Below, one piece after another: positions 12,905 to 23,458 of a DNA stretch of 64,000 bases (position 1 is its first letter; every line of letters starts with the position of its first letter). The notes beneath the pieces are model-generated. The model saw only the letters and a list, made by a program, of their open reading frames with translations, did no database searches and had not been told where the DNA came from. A program made the translations under genes and the position numbers. The stretch is from the human T2T-CHM13v2.0 reference genome, Homo sapiens, in NCBI RefSeq assembly GCF_009914755.1, contig NC_060935.1; one strand, given 5' to 3'.

Positions 12905-13040
12905 TGAGATCCTTGTTTTGTGGTCTCTTGTAGCTGCCTGTGTCCTTGTTCTGTGGTCTCTTACTTATACCTTGAGATCTTGTTCTGTGGTCTCTTACTT
13001 ATACCTTGTTCTGTGGTCTCTGAGTAGCTGCCTGTGTCCT
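12905..13040. repeat. Mosaic short-module repeat
   Basis: (C)CTTGTTYTGTGGTCTCT four times, interleaved with two copies each of GTAGCTGCCTGTGTCCT, TACTTATACCTTG and TGAGATC. Confidence 0.9.
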
Positions 13041-13199
13041 AAATCACTGCTTCCTGGATAGAAAGCTTCGGGCTGGGCCATTTCAGGCGAGCTTGTTTGG
13101 AAGGGAGTAAAAGGGTCGTGGGGAGGGAGATATCCCTGGAGCACTTCATGGCCTGGCTGACCACAGACAAGATGGGCAACCTGAGTGACCCACTGAATG

Positions 13200-13780
13200 C
13201 ATGTATTACTCAAGACTCTTCAGTTGCAAGTGACATAAACTTAACAAAATCAGAGAAGGACAATATAAAGGAAGAAAGTAAAGGAATTTATGTTGTAGGA
13301 GTTTATGTAGCAAAAGGCAGTAAACTCACTTCAGGCGTGTTGGATCCAGAAGCTCTAATTATACCACCAGGAATTTCTCTCTCTGTCTCTTGGCTCTGCA
13401 TTTTTCTGCTCTGCTTCCTTCCCAAATAGTACAACAGTGGCCACCAGCAGCACCAGGGTCTCCTTCCTATCAGATTAGCAAACCCAGGGGGAAGAGCATG
13501 CCTTTTTCTCAGGCAGTCCAGCAAAAGTTTCAGGTCAGACTTTCACTGGCCCAAATTGGGTCATGTGCCCTTTCCTGAACCAATCATTGTGTCCCAGAAG
13601 GTGAAGTCTCCTGATTGTCCAGGCCTGGGTCATGTGCCCACACCACTGGTGCTGAAGAGTGATATCTGTTCTGCTTACTTCACCTGGACCAAAAGCTGGG
13701 GAGCTTCCCAAAGGAAAATTGGAGTGCTGTCACCACAAGGGGAAAAGAAAGGGGGCTGTTGAAATAGCAGGTGCCCACAA
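13200..13780 (-). mobile_element. MLT1K-like MaLR LTR
   Basis: TGTATTACTCAAGACTCTTCAGTTGCAAGTGACA...TGGCCCAAATTGGGTCATGTGCCC..CCTGAACCAATCA...CCCAAAGGAAAATTGG. Confidence 0.7.
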
Positions 13781-14247
13781 TGGGGATTCACATCGTCCCA
13801 GCCAGTCCCTTGTGGCAAGGGGCAAAGTCAGCTAAGCCCCCATGGCATCCGAAGAAGTCAACATCTGAGCTCTCACTGTCCTTGGAGAGATGAGGTCATA
13901 TGTTCTGGGGGTAACAGCGTGGGGCTCTGGAACCATACAGGACTAGAATGAATCCTAGCTCTGCCCCTGTGACTTTGGGCCAGTTCTTCTACCTCTTCGT
14001 GGCTCAGTTTCCTCATGTGTAAGTTGAGAATAAACAGCAACAGCATAGTAGAATGCCTGGCTCGGAGGCTGACATGTGGCAGGCACCAAATGCCTAGCAG
14101 CTCTTATCTTTTTGGATGCCGTCATTCCAAGTGAGGTCCTTGTAATGGAGAAGTGACAAAACTTTGGTTCTTGGATTATATGTAGGAGGGCACCGTCTTT
14201 GGGTGGGTAAAACGTTTGAACAGTCCTGGCCCACCGAGCAATTATTT

Positions 14248-14371
14248 AGACAATTAAGATTCTTTAATGAAGAGCAAAACTGCTATTGTCTGGGCTCTGT
14301 ATGGGCCCAAGTTCCTTGACAGGCAAATAGTGGTGCTTGAAGGGTGGGGGAGCCTGGAGGTACAAGATACC
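14248..14371 (+). repeat. Inverted repeat, left arm (partner 15354-15466)
   Basis: 76/87 identity (14254-14340) to the reverse complement of the right arm, followed after an indel by 19/19 CCTGGAGGTACAAGATACC. Confidence 0.95.
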
Positions 14372-14949
14372 CGCCATTGAGGTGATTTATTAGGGACAGG
14401 GTAAGCAGATCTCTCAGAGATCTTGAGCCTGGGTGGCACTGCCCTGTCCCAACGCTCAGTCATGTGTCTTAAGTCATGCCAAGAGGTACATGGACCAGAA
14501 CGGTTCAGGAGATGTAATTTAGGTTGCTCTCTTTGGGATCTTCAACCCTCCTTGGCTCACGCTCCCGGACTGACCTATATAGGAGATCTATGGTGGTTGG
14601 TTTTCTTTTTTCAACTTTACCAATATGCTGGAAATGCCTTATCATGGCTCTGTGCCCTCAGTTTTAGAGTTTCATCCTTTTCAAGATATAAATACCTCTG
14701 GAATGGCTTCGACTTTAAGTGGTTAATAACTGTTAACACCTCTCTGGGAGTGAAGGAACTAAAACAAGATTTATAAGGGAAATGAGAAAGGGAGAGAAGG
14801 GGGCCTTGGGTATGGAAAGGGGTGGGTTCAGGCCCTACCGGTAGGGACAGTTGTTGGGACAGGGAGGCCGTGGCTGCCTCCTCCATCCTAGCTCTGCCCC
14901 CAGAGAGCCACTCACACTGCCCGGCTCCCTGTTGCCTGGGACCCTGACG

Positions 14950-15115
14950 ATGGAGGCAGCGAGTGTGATGGAAAAAGGATTTGGAAACCAGAACTTGGCG
15001 AGAATCTTGACTTTGCTACTTAAACACAGTGAGTGGCCCCAAGCAAGTGACTTCACCTCTCAGCAACTCAATGCCCTCATCTGTTAAATGGAGATCTTCC
15101 TGCCTACCTGACGGG
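14950..15115 (+). mobile_element. MIR SINE
   Basis: GGAGGCAGCGAGTGTGATGGAAA...GCAAGTGACTTCACCTCTCAG...CCTCATCTGTTAAATGGAGAT. Confidence 0.75.
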
Positions 15116-15353
15116 GTCAGTACCAGAACTTATGGATTATATTTTAAGACCCCACAGTTTGGCTGACCAGCCGAAATTTCCCCCAAAACAGTTAAGTTGC
15201 TCTAGATCTTTCTGTTTTCATGGCAGCCCCATCCCAGGGATTCCCCCATCATTCCTGGGCCACAGCCCTAACTTTAGAGACAGAGCCAGGCAGCCCATCA
15301 GACCCCTAAGGAGGGACTTGCGGGGTTAGGTCTTGGCCTGGATCTCACCATCA

Positions 15354-15466
15354 GGTATCTTGTACCTCCAGGATCAAGCACCACTATTTGGCTGTCAAGG
15401 AACTTGGGCCCACGTGGTGCCCAGACAATAGCTGCTTTGTTCTTTATTAAAGGATCTTAACTGACT
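15354..15466 (-). repeat. Inverted repeat, right arm (partner 14248-14371)
   Basis: Reverse complement TTAAGATCCTTTAATAAAGAACAAAGCAGCTATTGTCTGG...GGCCCAAGTTCCTTGACAGCCAAATAGTGGTGCTTGA matches the left arm. Confidence 0.95.
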
Positions 15467-16397
15467 GAAGAAGAAGAAGAAAAAAATCCAGCTCTTCCTT
15501 ACGAAGCTCATAATTTAATAGGTGAAATGTCAGTGAAAATCAATGCCAGGCTGTTTCCTCGCAGCCTCATTATGCCGTCCATTATGTTTTGTTTATAGTT
15601 GCTCGTTTCATTTCCTCCTCTTATTCCTCCCCTCCCCCACTCTTTGTAATAAAAGAACATTTTAAAATTTATGATGTTAAAAAGGGACATGGGCTGAGAA
15701 ATTGAGTTACGAGAAACCCAAGAGTTGTCCCTGGCAGGGCTGGGAAATCCAGCCACCGGAAGGAGGAGATGTCCCCAGCCCCAGAATTGGTGGGCCTGGG
15801 GTCAGCACATTTGAGCAGTTTGCTGACCTGGAGGGTTTTCCTGGGGGTAAGAAGGTCCTTGTTTGCCGGGTGATGGTTGGAGAGGCCCTGGGGGAGCCCA
15901 AGGGGAGAGAAGAGCAAGTGAGCCTTGGGACTCTCCTTTCGCCCTCAAGGAGAGAAACTGTGGGCTCTGTAGTCTAGCAGAACCCAGTGAGTCAAGAGAG
16001 GTGCTCCCCTGGATGTGGTCTTGTTTATGATCCTCTGAAGGCGTGGCTCAACATGCAAAGCAAAATCTTAGGAAGTGAGACCTCTGGCCCCATCAGCTGG
16101 GTCCTGCTTGTTCCTGGCCATGCTCTGGCCACCAGTGTGACCACACGGGGGATGGCCCAACCTCAGGAACAACCCAGGCTCAAGATGAAGCCATCCCCAG
16201 CCTGTAGGTCTACAGCCTTGGCCAAGCAGATGAGCAGAGGTAAATTTCTCTGGAGCCTTCCAGATGCTGTGCCTGTGGCCCCCTTCCCTGGGATTCTGCT
16301 GAATCAGCCTGGAGATCAGGGTCTGGACCAGCTCCTGCCAGGCCATCAGGAGAGAAAAGGTGTTATTTCCAGAGAGGTTGGAGGGGTTCCATTGCAG

Positions 16398-16600
16398 TGT
16401 AGGTTTCCCCAGGATCAGATCCAGAGAGGAGGAGTCTAGTGCAAGTCATTTATCTGGGAGTTGATCTCGGGAAACGTAGCATGGGAGTGGGGGAAATGAG
16501 ACAGGGATGGGTAAATTATTGAGTAGGTTACCGTTGTGGGCAACTGGGGCCTAACTCTTCTGGGAAACTCTGGGAGACAGTGTAGAACAAACCCTAGGGA
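16398..16600 (-). mobile_element. ERVL LTR16/LTR33-like fragment
   Basis: TGTAGGTTTCCCCAGGATCAGATCC..GAG...GTGCAAGTCATTTATCTGGGAG...GGGCAACTGGGGC resembles the reverse complement of old ERVL LTR 3' ends. Confidence 0.45.
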
Positions 16601-16972
16601 AAAGCCAAGGCTTTGGGGTCAAAGCTTACCCTCCTTCCATCCCTCCTCCTCTACTCTGGGCCAGGCCTGTCAAGCACAGAGACTACAAAGATGGAGAGGT
16701 TGCAGTTCTAGTCCTCAAGAACTTTCCTGCACATGGAGAAATAGAAGCTGAGAGACAGCTGATAAGAAAGGGGAAGGGAAGTTCTGCACAGGAGGCTGGC
16801 ATGGCCACTGGGAGTGCACAGGGCTGGGGGCCAACCTCGTTGTGCTCCTTCCTTGTAGCCACATGGGCCCAGAGATCAATTTTCCAAGCCTGAGTCTCAA
16901 ATGGAGGCACTCATTGCTACTCAAAAACCCTGCTGTGGCTGTAAAGGTGGCTTGGCATAGAGGTTAACTCAT

Positions 16973-17349
16973 TTTTACAGACTAAATTTTGCTGTATCTC
17001 CCCAGTTCATATGTTGAAGTCTTAGCCTCCAATATTTGGAGATGAGGCCTTCAGGTTAAATAAAGTTTTGTGGATGGGGCCCTAATCCAACAGGATTGGT
17101 GTCCTTATAAGAAGAGACACCAGGGAGCTCCCACTTTCTTTCTTCTTGCATGCACCAAGGAAAGGCCATATGAGGGCACAGCAAGAAGGCAGCTGTCCAC
17201 AAGCCAGGAAGAGAGGCCTCACTGGGAATCAACCCTGATGGGACCACAATCTTGGACTTCTGGCCTCCAGAACTGTGAGAATAAATGCCTGTTCTTTAAG
17301 TCACCAAGTCTATGGTATTTTATTCTGGCAGCCCAAACTGACGAAGATA
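16973..17349 (+). mobile_element. MLT1A-like solo LTR inserted in a MIR
   Basis: TTCATATGTTGAAGTC...GGCCCTAATCCAA..GGATTGGTGTCCTTATAAGAAGAG...GGACTTCTGGCCTCCAGAACTGTGAGAATAAAT; the MIR resumes at 17350-17475. Confidence 0.85.
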
Positions 17350-17484
17350 CTCCTGAACCCTGGAACCAGACTATGTGGGTTTGAATCCTACTTCTGTTTA
17401 CACATAAGCCATGGGATCTTGGAGAAGTTTTTACTTATTCTCAATTTCCTCATCTGTAAAATGGGGAGAATAATGACACTGGCC

Positions 17485-18010
17485 TCTATCAGTAAGCTAT
17501 CGCTGATGTAACAACCCACCCACAACTCAGCGGCTGAGAAAGATAAGCACTTCAGCCTGTGGTTCTGTCTCATCTGCGTGTATCTGTAGTCAGCTGTGGG
17601 TTGGGTAGGAGCTCAGCTGATCTGGGTAGGGATCTCTCACAAATTTGGTGGTCAGCTGACAATGAGCTGGTCTGCTGGGGCTCAGCTGGGGCTGCAGGCA
17701 CAGACATACAAGGTGCTGTTCATTCCCCCAGGCACACTATACATGCAGAGTAAGGGCTCTCTTTCTCTAGCAGGCTGGTCTGGGCTCCTTCATGGGCAGC
17801 TGAGGTTCAAGGCAGCAAGTGGGAGCTACAAGGCCACTGGAGGTCTAGGGTTCAAATGGACACTACATCGCTTCTGCTACATTCTATTGGCCAAATCTAG
17901 GGTCACAGCCCAGCCCAGATTCAAGGGGAGGTGAAAGAGATGCCACCTCTGCATGGGAGTTGCTGCAAAGTCATATTGCAAAGGAAGTAGATTCAGAGAG
18001 GCCATGGATT
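17485..18010 (-). mobile_element. MLT1 (G/H-like) LTR
   Basis: TATCAGTAAGCTATCGCTGATGTAACAACCCACCC...CTTCTGCTACATTCTATTGGCCAAA...CCAGATTCAAGGGGAGG. Confidence 0.7.
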
Positions 18011-18369
18011 GAGGCCCTGATGCCATCACTCTCCTCACAGGGCATTTGGCGGACGAAATGAGGTCCTCAAGTGCTGGGGCAACCTGTGAATTTGCGTGCT
18101 GCTTATTTATCACTGTGCCTGACATGGAGTGAGTACTCACTAAGGTGGGCTCCTTTTCCTCCCAGCAGGCTGGTGGGATCCTGCTGTCCCTCTTCTCCCA
18201 GTGGTTGAAAGGGTATCCCCTGTGGTCTTTACAAATGAGTTAGGAAGTCCTCAGGCTATGTCGGACTCATGGGTCATGAGTCAGAATCCAATCATTTTAA
18301 AGCCATAGCTTGTGTTTGCTCAAACTTTCCCTTGACAGGGCGAACACAGGGGTGCACATCACACAGACA

Positions 18370-18680
18370 CAGACACACACAGGCACGGGTGGGTGTTCCT
18401 CACACCCAGACACACACAGGCAGTGAGATGTCCCTGTGTACCCAGACACACACAGGCACAGAGAGGTGTCCCTGAATACCCAGACACACACAGGCAGTGA
18501 GGTGTCCCTGCATACCCAGACACACACAAGCACAGCCAGGTGTCCCTGTGTACCCAGACACACACAGGCACTGATGGGTGTTCCTCATACCCAGACACAC
18601 ACAGGCAGCGAGGCGTCCCTGCATACTCAGACACACACAAGCACAGCCAGGTGTCCCTGTGTATCCAGACACACATAAGG
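18370..18680. repeat. Minisatellite, 36-38-bp unit, ~8.4 copies
   Basis: CAGACACACACA(G/A)GCA... units start at 18370, 18407, 18443, 18481, 18517, 18555, 18592, 18628 and 18666. Confidence 0.95.
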
Positions 18681-20039
18681 ACATATGCACACTGTGCCAT
18701 GCGCCCCTCCCCATGTGTACCTCACAACACACAGATGCTGGGCACCTTTCCTCACATGCAGCCAACAACACACAGATACCGGGCATCACCCTCCATCTAC
18801 CATATATGTGACATATGTCCTCACACAGACATAGGGCAGTTGACATGCCCAGCTGATGTCCACACACAATGTATACACCCCATGCACAGGCACACGTGCT
18901 CACACATACCTGTATACACAGACGGGCAGCAAACACACACTTCACTCCCACACAGACTTAGGTTGGAGTCTGCCAGCTGGCGCCCAGCAGTCCTGGCCAC
19001 TTCAACTCCCAACCTCTGTCCACGCTGTGTCTGCTCTGTGCCCTTTTGGCAAGGGCTCTTCAAAGGGGTGAGGAGAGGAGTGGGGGGAGGGAGGCTGGCA
19101 GGTGGGACAGGCGTTTCTGTCTGGCTCCTGTGCTGACGGGGTCTGGGAAACAGCAGAACTGGGTTGGCATTAGTGCCAATGGGAAGGTCACAGGGTGCTC
19201 TGTTGATACAAAATAGGAGGAGCTGTGGTCCTCCCCAGCTTGAGATTCAGCACCTGAAGGCCGAATGCCCCAGCTGCCAGCTCCCATGCCTGCTCTGTCC
19301 TCTGGGAAGGAGGCCCAAGCCCCAAACAAAGCAGGCTCATTGGTGCTCCCCAGACCCAGCCATCCCCTACCTGGTGCTTGGTTTCAAGTGACCGTGATGG
19401 TGAAAAACCCCAGGCTTCCCAAAGCACATGGGCTATGCTGCAGCTTCTTGGCCATCAGCCACCAGCAGGTGCCACCCAGGGCACAGATCAGGGAGGCAGC
19501 CAGGTTCTGCAGCTCAGCCTTCTACCTCTGAGATGGTGATGGCCCAGCGAGCCACCACGGACTCTCCTGCAGGCAGTGACTGCGGCTTTGGAGGGGTTTA
19601 CTGTTTTCTTGGGTTTCTGCCTCTTTGGGTTGAGTTGTCCCAGAATTTGGGCCCTCTGGGTTTGGGATGTGCTAGGGACAGAGTGTGGGGTACTCCCAGG
19701 AGGCTGAGAGACCTATCTGTGGCCCGAGGACAGCCTGGCTCTTCTGGTAAAGGGGCCCCAGCAGAAAGACAGGCAGATCTGTGGTCTGCCCCAGGGGCTG
19801 GGTCTGAGCACTTTAGAGACCCACATACCCACATACCTGTGCAAGGTAAAGGGAGAGGGGAATCTTCAGTGCCATGGGACAGGGGCTAGAGAGGGTGAGG
19901 GGTGGGAGCCAGCAGCTGTGGGCACGTTGGGCAGGTCTGCCAGACAACCTAGAGTTATCTGTGTCCTTGATCTTGGTCTTTTGGTGGTATAGGTGGAGAT
20001 GATAGCGTGTGAACAAGCATGTGAGTGTGCTTTACTCCA

Positions 20040-20234
20040 GGGGCCAGCAGCTCCCACCTACTGCCCATTCCTGTAAATAAAGCTTTATTGGAACACAGCC
20101 AGGCCCACTCGATTATATATTGCCTATGGCTGCTTTCCTGCTGCAGAGTGGAGTAGTTGCCACAGAGACCTGAGGAATCACAAAGCCGAATCTCTACGCT
20201 CTGGCCTTTTACAGAAAATGTTTGCTGATTCCTG
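20040..20234 (+). mobile_element. MER58A hAT-Charlie MITE
   Basis: TGTAAATAAAGCTTTATTGGAACACAGCCA...CTATGGCTGCTTT...CTGGCCTTTTACAGAAAATGTTTGCTGA. Confidence 0.85.
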
Positions 20235-20249
20235 CTTTCCTTTGTTTTC

Positions 20250-20450
20250 TGAAAGTTGAGAACGTGGGCTCAAGAATGAGAAAGACCTGGGATCGAACAC
20301 TACTTCCTAGCTGTGTGACCTTGGGCAGGTCACTTAACCTCTCTGAGCCTCGGTTTTCCCGTCTATAAAATAGAGATAACTGCACCTGCCTCACGGGGTT
20401 GCTCAGAGACTTATAACACTCAGCCCAGTGCCCGGCATGTGATCAGTAAA
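20250..20450 (+). mobile_element. MIR SINE
   Basis: TAGCTGTGTGACCTTGGGCAGGTCACTTAACCTCTCTGAGCCTCGGTTTTCC. Confidence 0.85.
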
Positions 20451-20494
20451 TGGCAGGGTTTATTCAACATTTTCCTTGAGGCTCCCTTAAATTG

Positions 20495-20625
20495 ATTTTT
20501 ATTTTTTTGAGACAGGGTCTTGCCATATTGCCCAGGCTGCTCTCAAACTCCTGGGCTCAGGTGATCCTCCTGCCCCAGCCTCCCAAAGTGCTTGGGATTA
20601 CATGCATGAGCCACCACGCCCAGCC
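20495..20625 (-). mobile_element. Alu monomer (FLAM_C-like)
   Basis: Single ~130-bp Alu arm with T-tail. Confidence 0.85.
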
Positions 20626-20844
20626 TAAATCAGTGATTCTGCAGGTGCCTGGTAATAAGAATCCCTACGTGTCCATTTGTGGTGGAGGGGGCGTGGAGGG
20701 AGGGAGTGTTTGATAGAAACACAGACCCCTGAGGCTCACCCCAAACCTGCTGAATGAGCTTTGCAGTGCATGTGGGTGAGACAGGAGACCTCATCGGGCC
20801 ATCGGGGACAGGAGGGTAAGGCCAGCATGGAGACGGATGTGGCT

Positions 20845-20920
20845 TAGGGTGAACACCCATCCCTGTTTGCTTGGGACTAAGGGAAAAGTCCGGTCAAACT
20901 GGGATGAGTTGGTCACCCTG
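20845..20920. mobile_element. Internally deleted MER94/MER81-like hAT-Blackjack MITE
   Basis: TIRs TAGGGTGAACA...TGGTCACCCTG; perfect 8-bp TSD ATGTGGCT at 20837-20844 and 20921-20928. Confidence 0.85.
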
Positions 20921-23021
20921 ATGTGGCTCCTTCAAATAACTGTCCAGTGGGATGGCCTGGCCAGAGCTCTGCTCAGTTGAAGCATCGCTCCAGGCCCTCC
21001 CTACTCTGGAGAGGGAACACTACACAGTATTTGCCTGGGGGGTCCTGACCCTTCTTCCTCTGATGTACTCCCACCCCAGCAGGTCTCCCCATCTCTGATA
21101 TGCAGACTTCCATCATTTTTGGGTCTCATGCTTCCCTTGCCCCCATCAAGCCTGGCTGGCAGGAAAGGATGACTTACCAGTTATTAACACCTTAGAATTA
21201 ATTTCAGCAAGTGTGTTGCTTTTCCTGGGGGTCTTTGTATTTGAAATTTCCTTCTTGAGAGTGGAAGAAATAACTTTTTTTAGTGGGGGGGTGATATTTA
21301 TGCAATGAAGTCGCAGGCTCAGGAAAGAGATGTCTGGACCGATGCTGAGCAGTAACACCTATTCCTGCAAAGACGGCCCCAGGAGCTCTGAGGGACACTC
21401 AGGGGGTATCTTCTACCCCTAAGGGAGACCCTGGGCCCCTGGGCCGCCTTGACCAGCCTTTGTCTTGACTTCCCCTGAGAATGGTGAAATCTTAGCTTTT
21501 GAGCCAAGAATATTGCTTTGAAAAAATGAAACGCCCAGCGAGTCCCTATAGTCCCCAAACCTCATTTTAAAGGGATTACAGCAGCTGGCTTGTAAATCCT
21601 GTTTCTTACGGTGGGGGGCTTAGAGCAGGGCTCAGGAAGAGACTAGGGTGGGGGAAAGAAAGGAGGTCATTTCATTTCCTGGAGAGGAAAGCCAGGCTCT
21701 CCTCCACTGTGACGCCTGGGATGGGGCTCACTGTCCCCACTGGGGAAAACGGAGGGGGCAGGAAAGGGCCCTGGACTTGGAGTCTGGCCACCAGAGCTCC
21801 AGTCCCAGTTGTACCATCAATTCACAGGCGACCTGGGGGCCGCCCCGACCTCCTCTGGGCCTCTGTCTCCTGCACGACAAGGATTTGAAAATTAAAAAGA
21901 AGAGTTTTGATGTCTTTCCTTCTTCTCTTATCCTCCAAGCAGGGTACCCTCTCTGTGGGCTCCCCGGCATGTGAGGGGCTGACAGAGGTGGGCGAATGGA
22001 TAACTGGGTAGAAATGTGCTGCCCAGGGAAGCTGTGGAGCTTTCCGGGGCAGCTGTGTGGTTGAGAGATTTCAGAAACTCTAATTTTAAAAGCTAAGGCT
22101 TATTTGAGGGTGGCGTGGGAGTGAACTTGGGGAAGAGATTTGACACCTGCTAGGATGTGGGACTAGGGGGAGGGAGAGGTGGAGAAAGAGGATTTCAAAT
22201 ACTCTTGGCTGTGTGTTGCGCAGTGTTATCCCCCTCCACCAAGTCCTCTGGAGGAAGCTTCAGTTAAGGTTGACTGGCCACCCCAGAGTTCTGGAGTCAG
22301 ATGAATAGTTATTTGGTGCGAGCGCCCATGCAGAAGCAGACCTGGTGGAAAGAACTGGAAGGTCCACTTCTATTTGACTGGTGTCTCCAGAATGCTGGGA
22401 CTGGTCCAGACCAGTGCTGATGGAGGTGTTAGGGATGAATCACCAGCGATTTGGTAGGTGATTTTGGGTGGCACACAGGTGAATGTAGGAAAATTGTGAT
22501 GCCTCTATTTAAATGGGTCTTGGGAGAAAATAACTCATTCACCAAACCTGCAATTTTATAGATATTATTGCTTAGGGCAAAGTCCAAACAGATAAAGAAA
22601 TATAAATATGTTAACAAACAGTGGGTTGATTTAAGGAGAATGTTAAATGATGCCCTGACCACAAGGTCATTGGCTGTAAAGGTCAACAGTGGCCATCAGG
22701 AGGACTCCAGGAACTCAGTGGGTGCCAGGAAGCCCACCTGCAAAAGGCCTGGCTCCAGGCCACTGCCTACACCCTTTGTGCTATGAGGTTGCATAAGCCT
22801 CTCCTCCTTAAGAGGAGTAGGGAATGCTGGGCAACGGAAGGGCAAATGAAGTGAAGGAGTTAATGCCAAGTGTTCCAAAGACTGGATTGGAATGAGTTTT
22901 GAACCAGACTGAAGAAAACTCAGCTTCTCTTTCTCTCTCCCTTCTTCCTTTCCTTCCTTTGTTCCTTCTACCCATTGGGTGCAGGATCCTAAGGGCAATT
23001 TTAAAGGCAATGTATTCTTGG

Positions 23022-23458
23022 TGTATTAGTCCGTCCTTGCACTGCTATAGAAAAATACCTGAGATTGGGTAATTTATAAAGAAAAGATGTTTAATTGGCT
23101 CATGGTTCCGCAGGCTGTACAAGAAGCATGGAAGCATCTGCTTCTGGGGAGGCCTCAGGGAGATTTTCCTCATGGCGGAGGGCAAAGTGGGAGCAGCCAT
23201 CTTATGTGGCAGGAGCAGGTCCGAGAGATAGGGAAAAGGTGCTACACACTTTAAAACTGTCAGATATCATCATAATTCTATGATAAGACCATCACCAGAG
23301 CACATAGATAATTCTATGATGAGATAATGCTAAACCATTCATGAAGGATACACCCTCACGATCCAATCACAATCACCTCACATCAAGTCCCACCTCCAAC
23401 ACTGGAGATTACAACTGAACATGAGATTTGGATGGAGACACAGATCCAAACCATATCA
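23022..23458 (-). mobile_element. MSTA-like MaLR solo LTR
   Basis: TGTATTAGTCCG...ATACCTGAGATTGGGTAATTTATAAAGAAAAG...CCAAACCATATCA; TSD CTTGG at 23017-23021 and 23459-23463. Confidence 0.92.

Noticed and set aside
12905-13040. CRISPR-like repeat-spacer appearance
   Set aside because: Primate DNA; the spacers are very short and themselves duplicated; no cas genes.
14248-15466. The inverted pair as TIRs of an autonomous DNA transposon
   Set aside because: No TSD, no recognisable hAT/TcMar/piggyBac termini and no transposase ORF in the spacer. Retained only as an unexplained inverted repeat.
18264-18282. 8-bp inverted repeat containing AP-1-like sites
   Set aside because: Short enough to be expected by chance in 64 kb.
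18359-19136. Long ORFs (113-198 aa) with repetitive Cys/Val or His/Thr content
   Set aside because: Translation artefacts of the CA-rich minisatellite and its flank.
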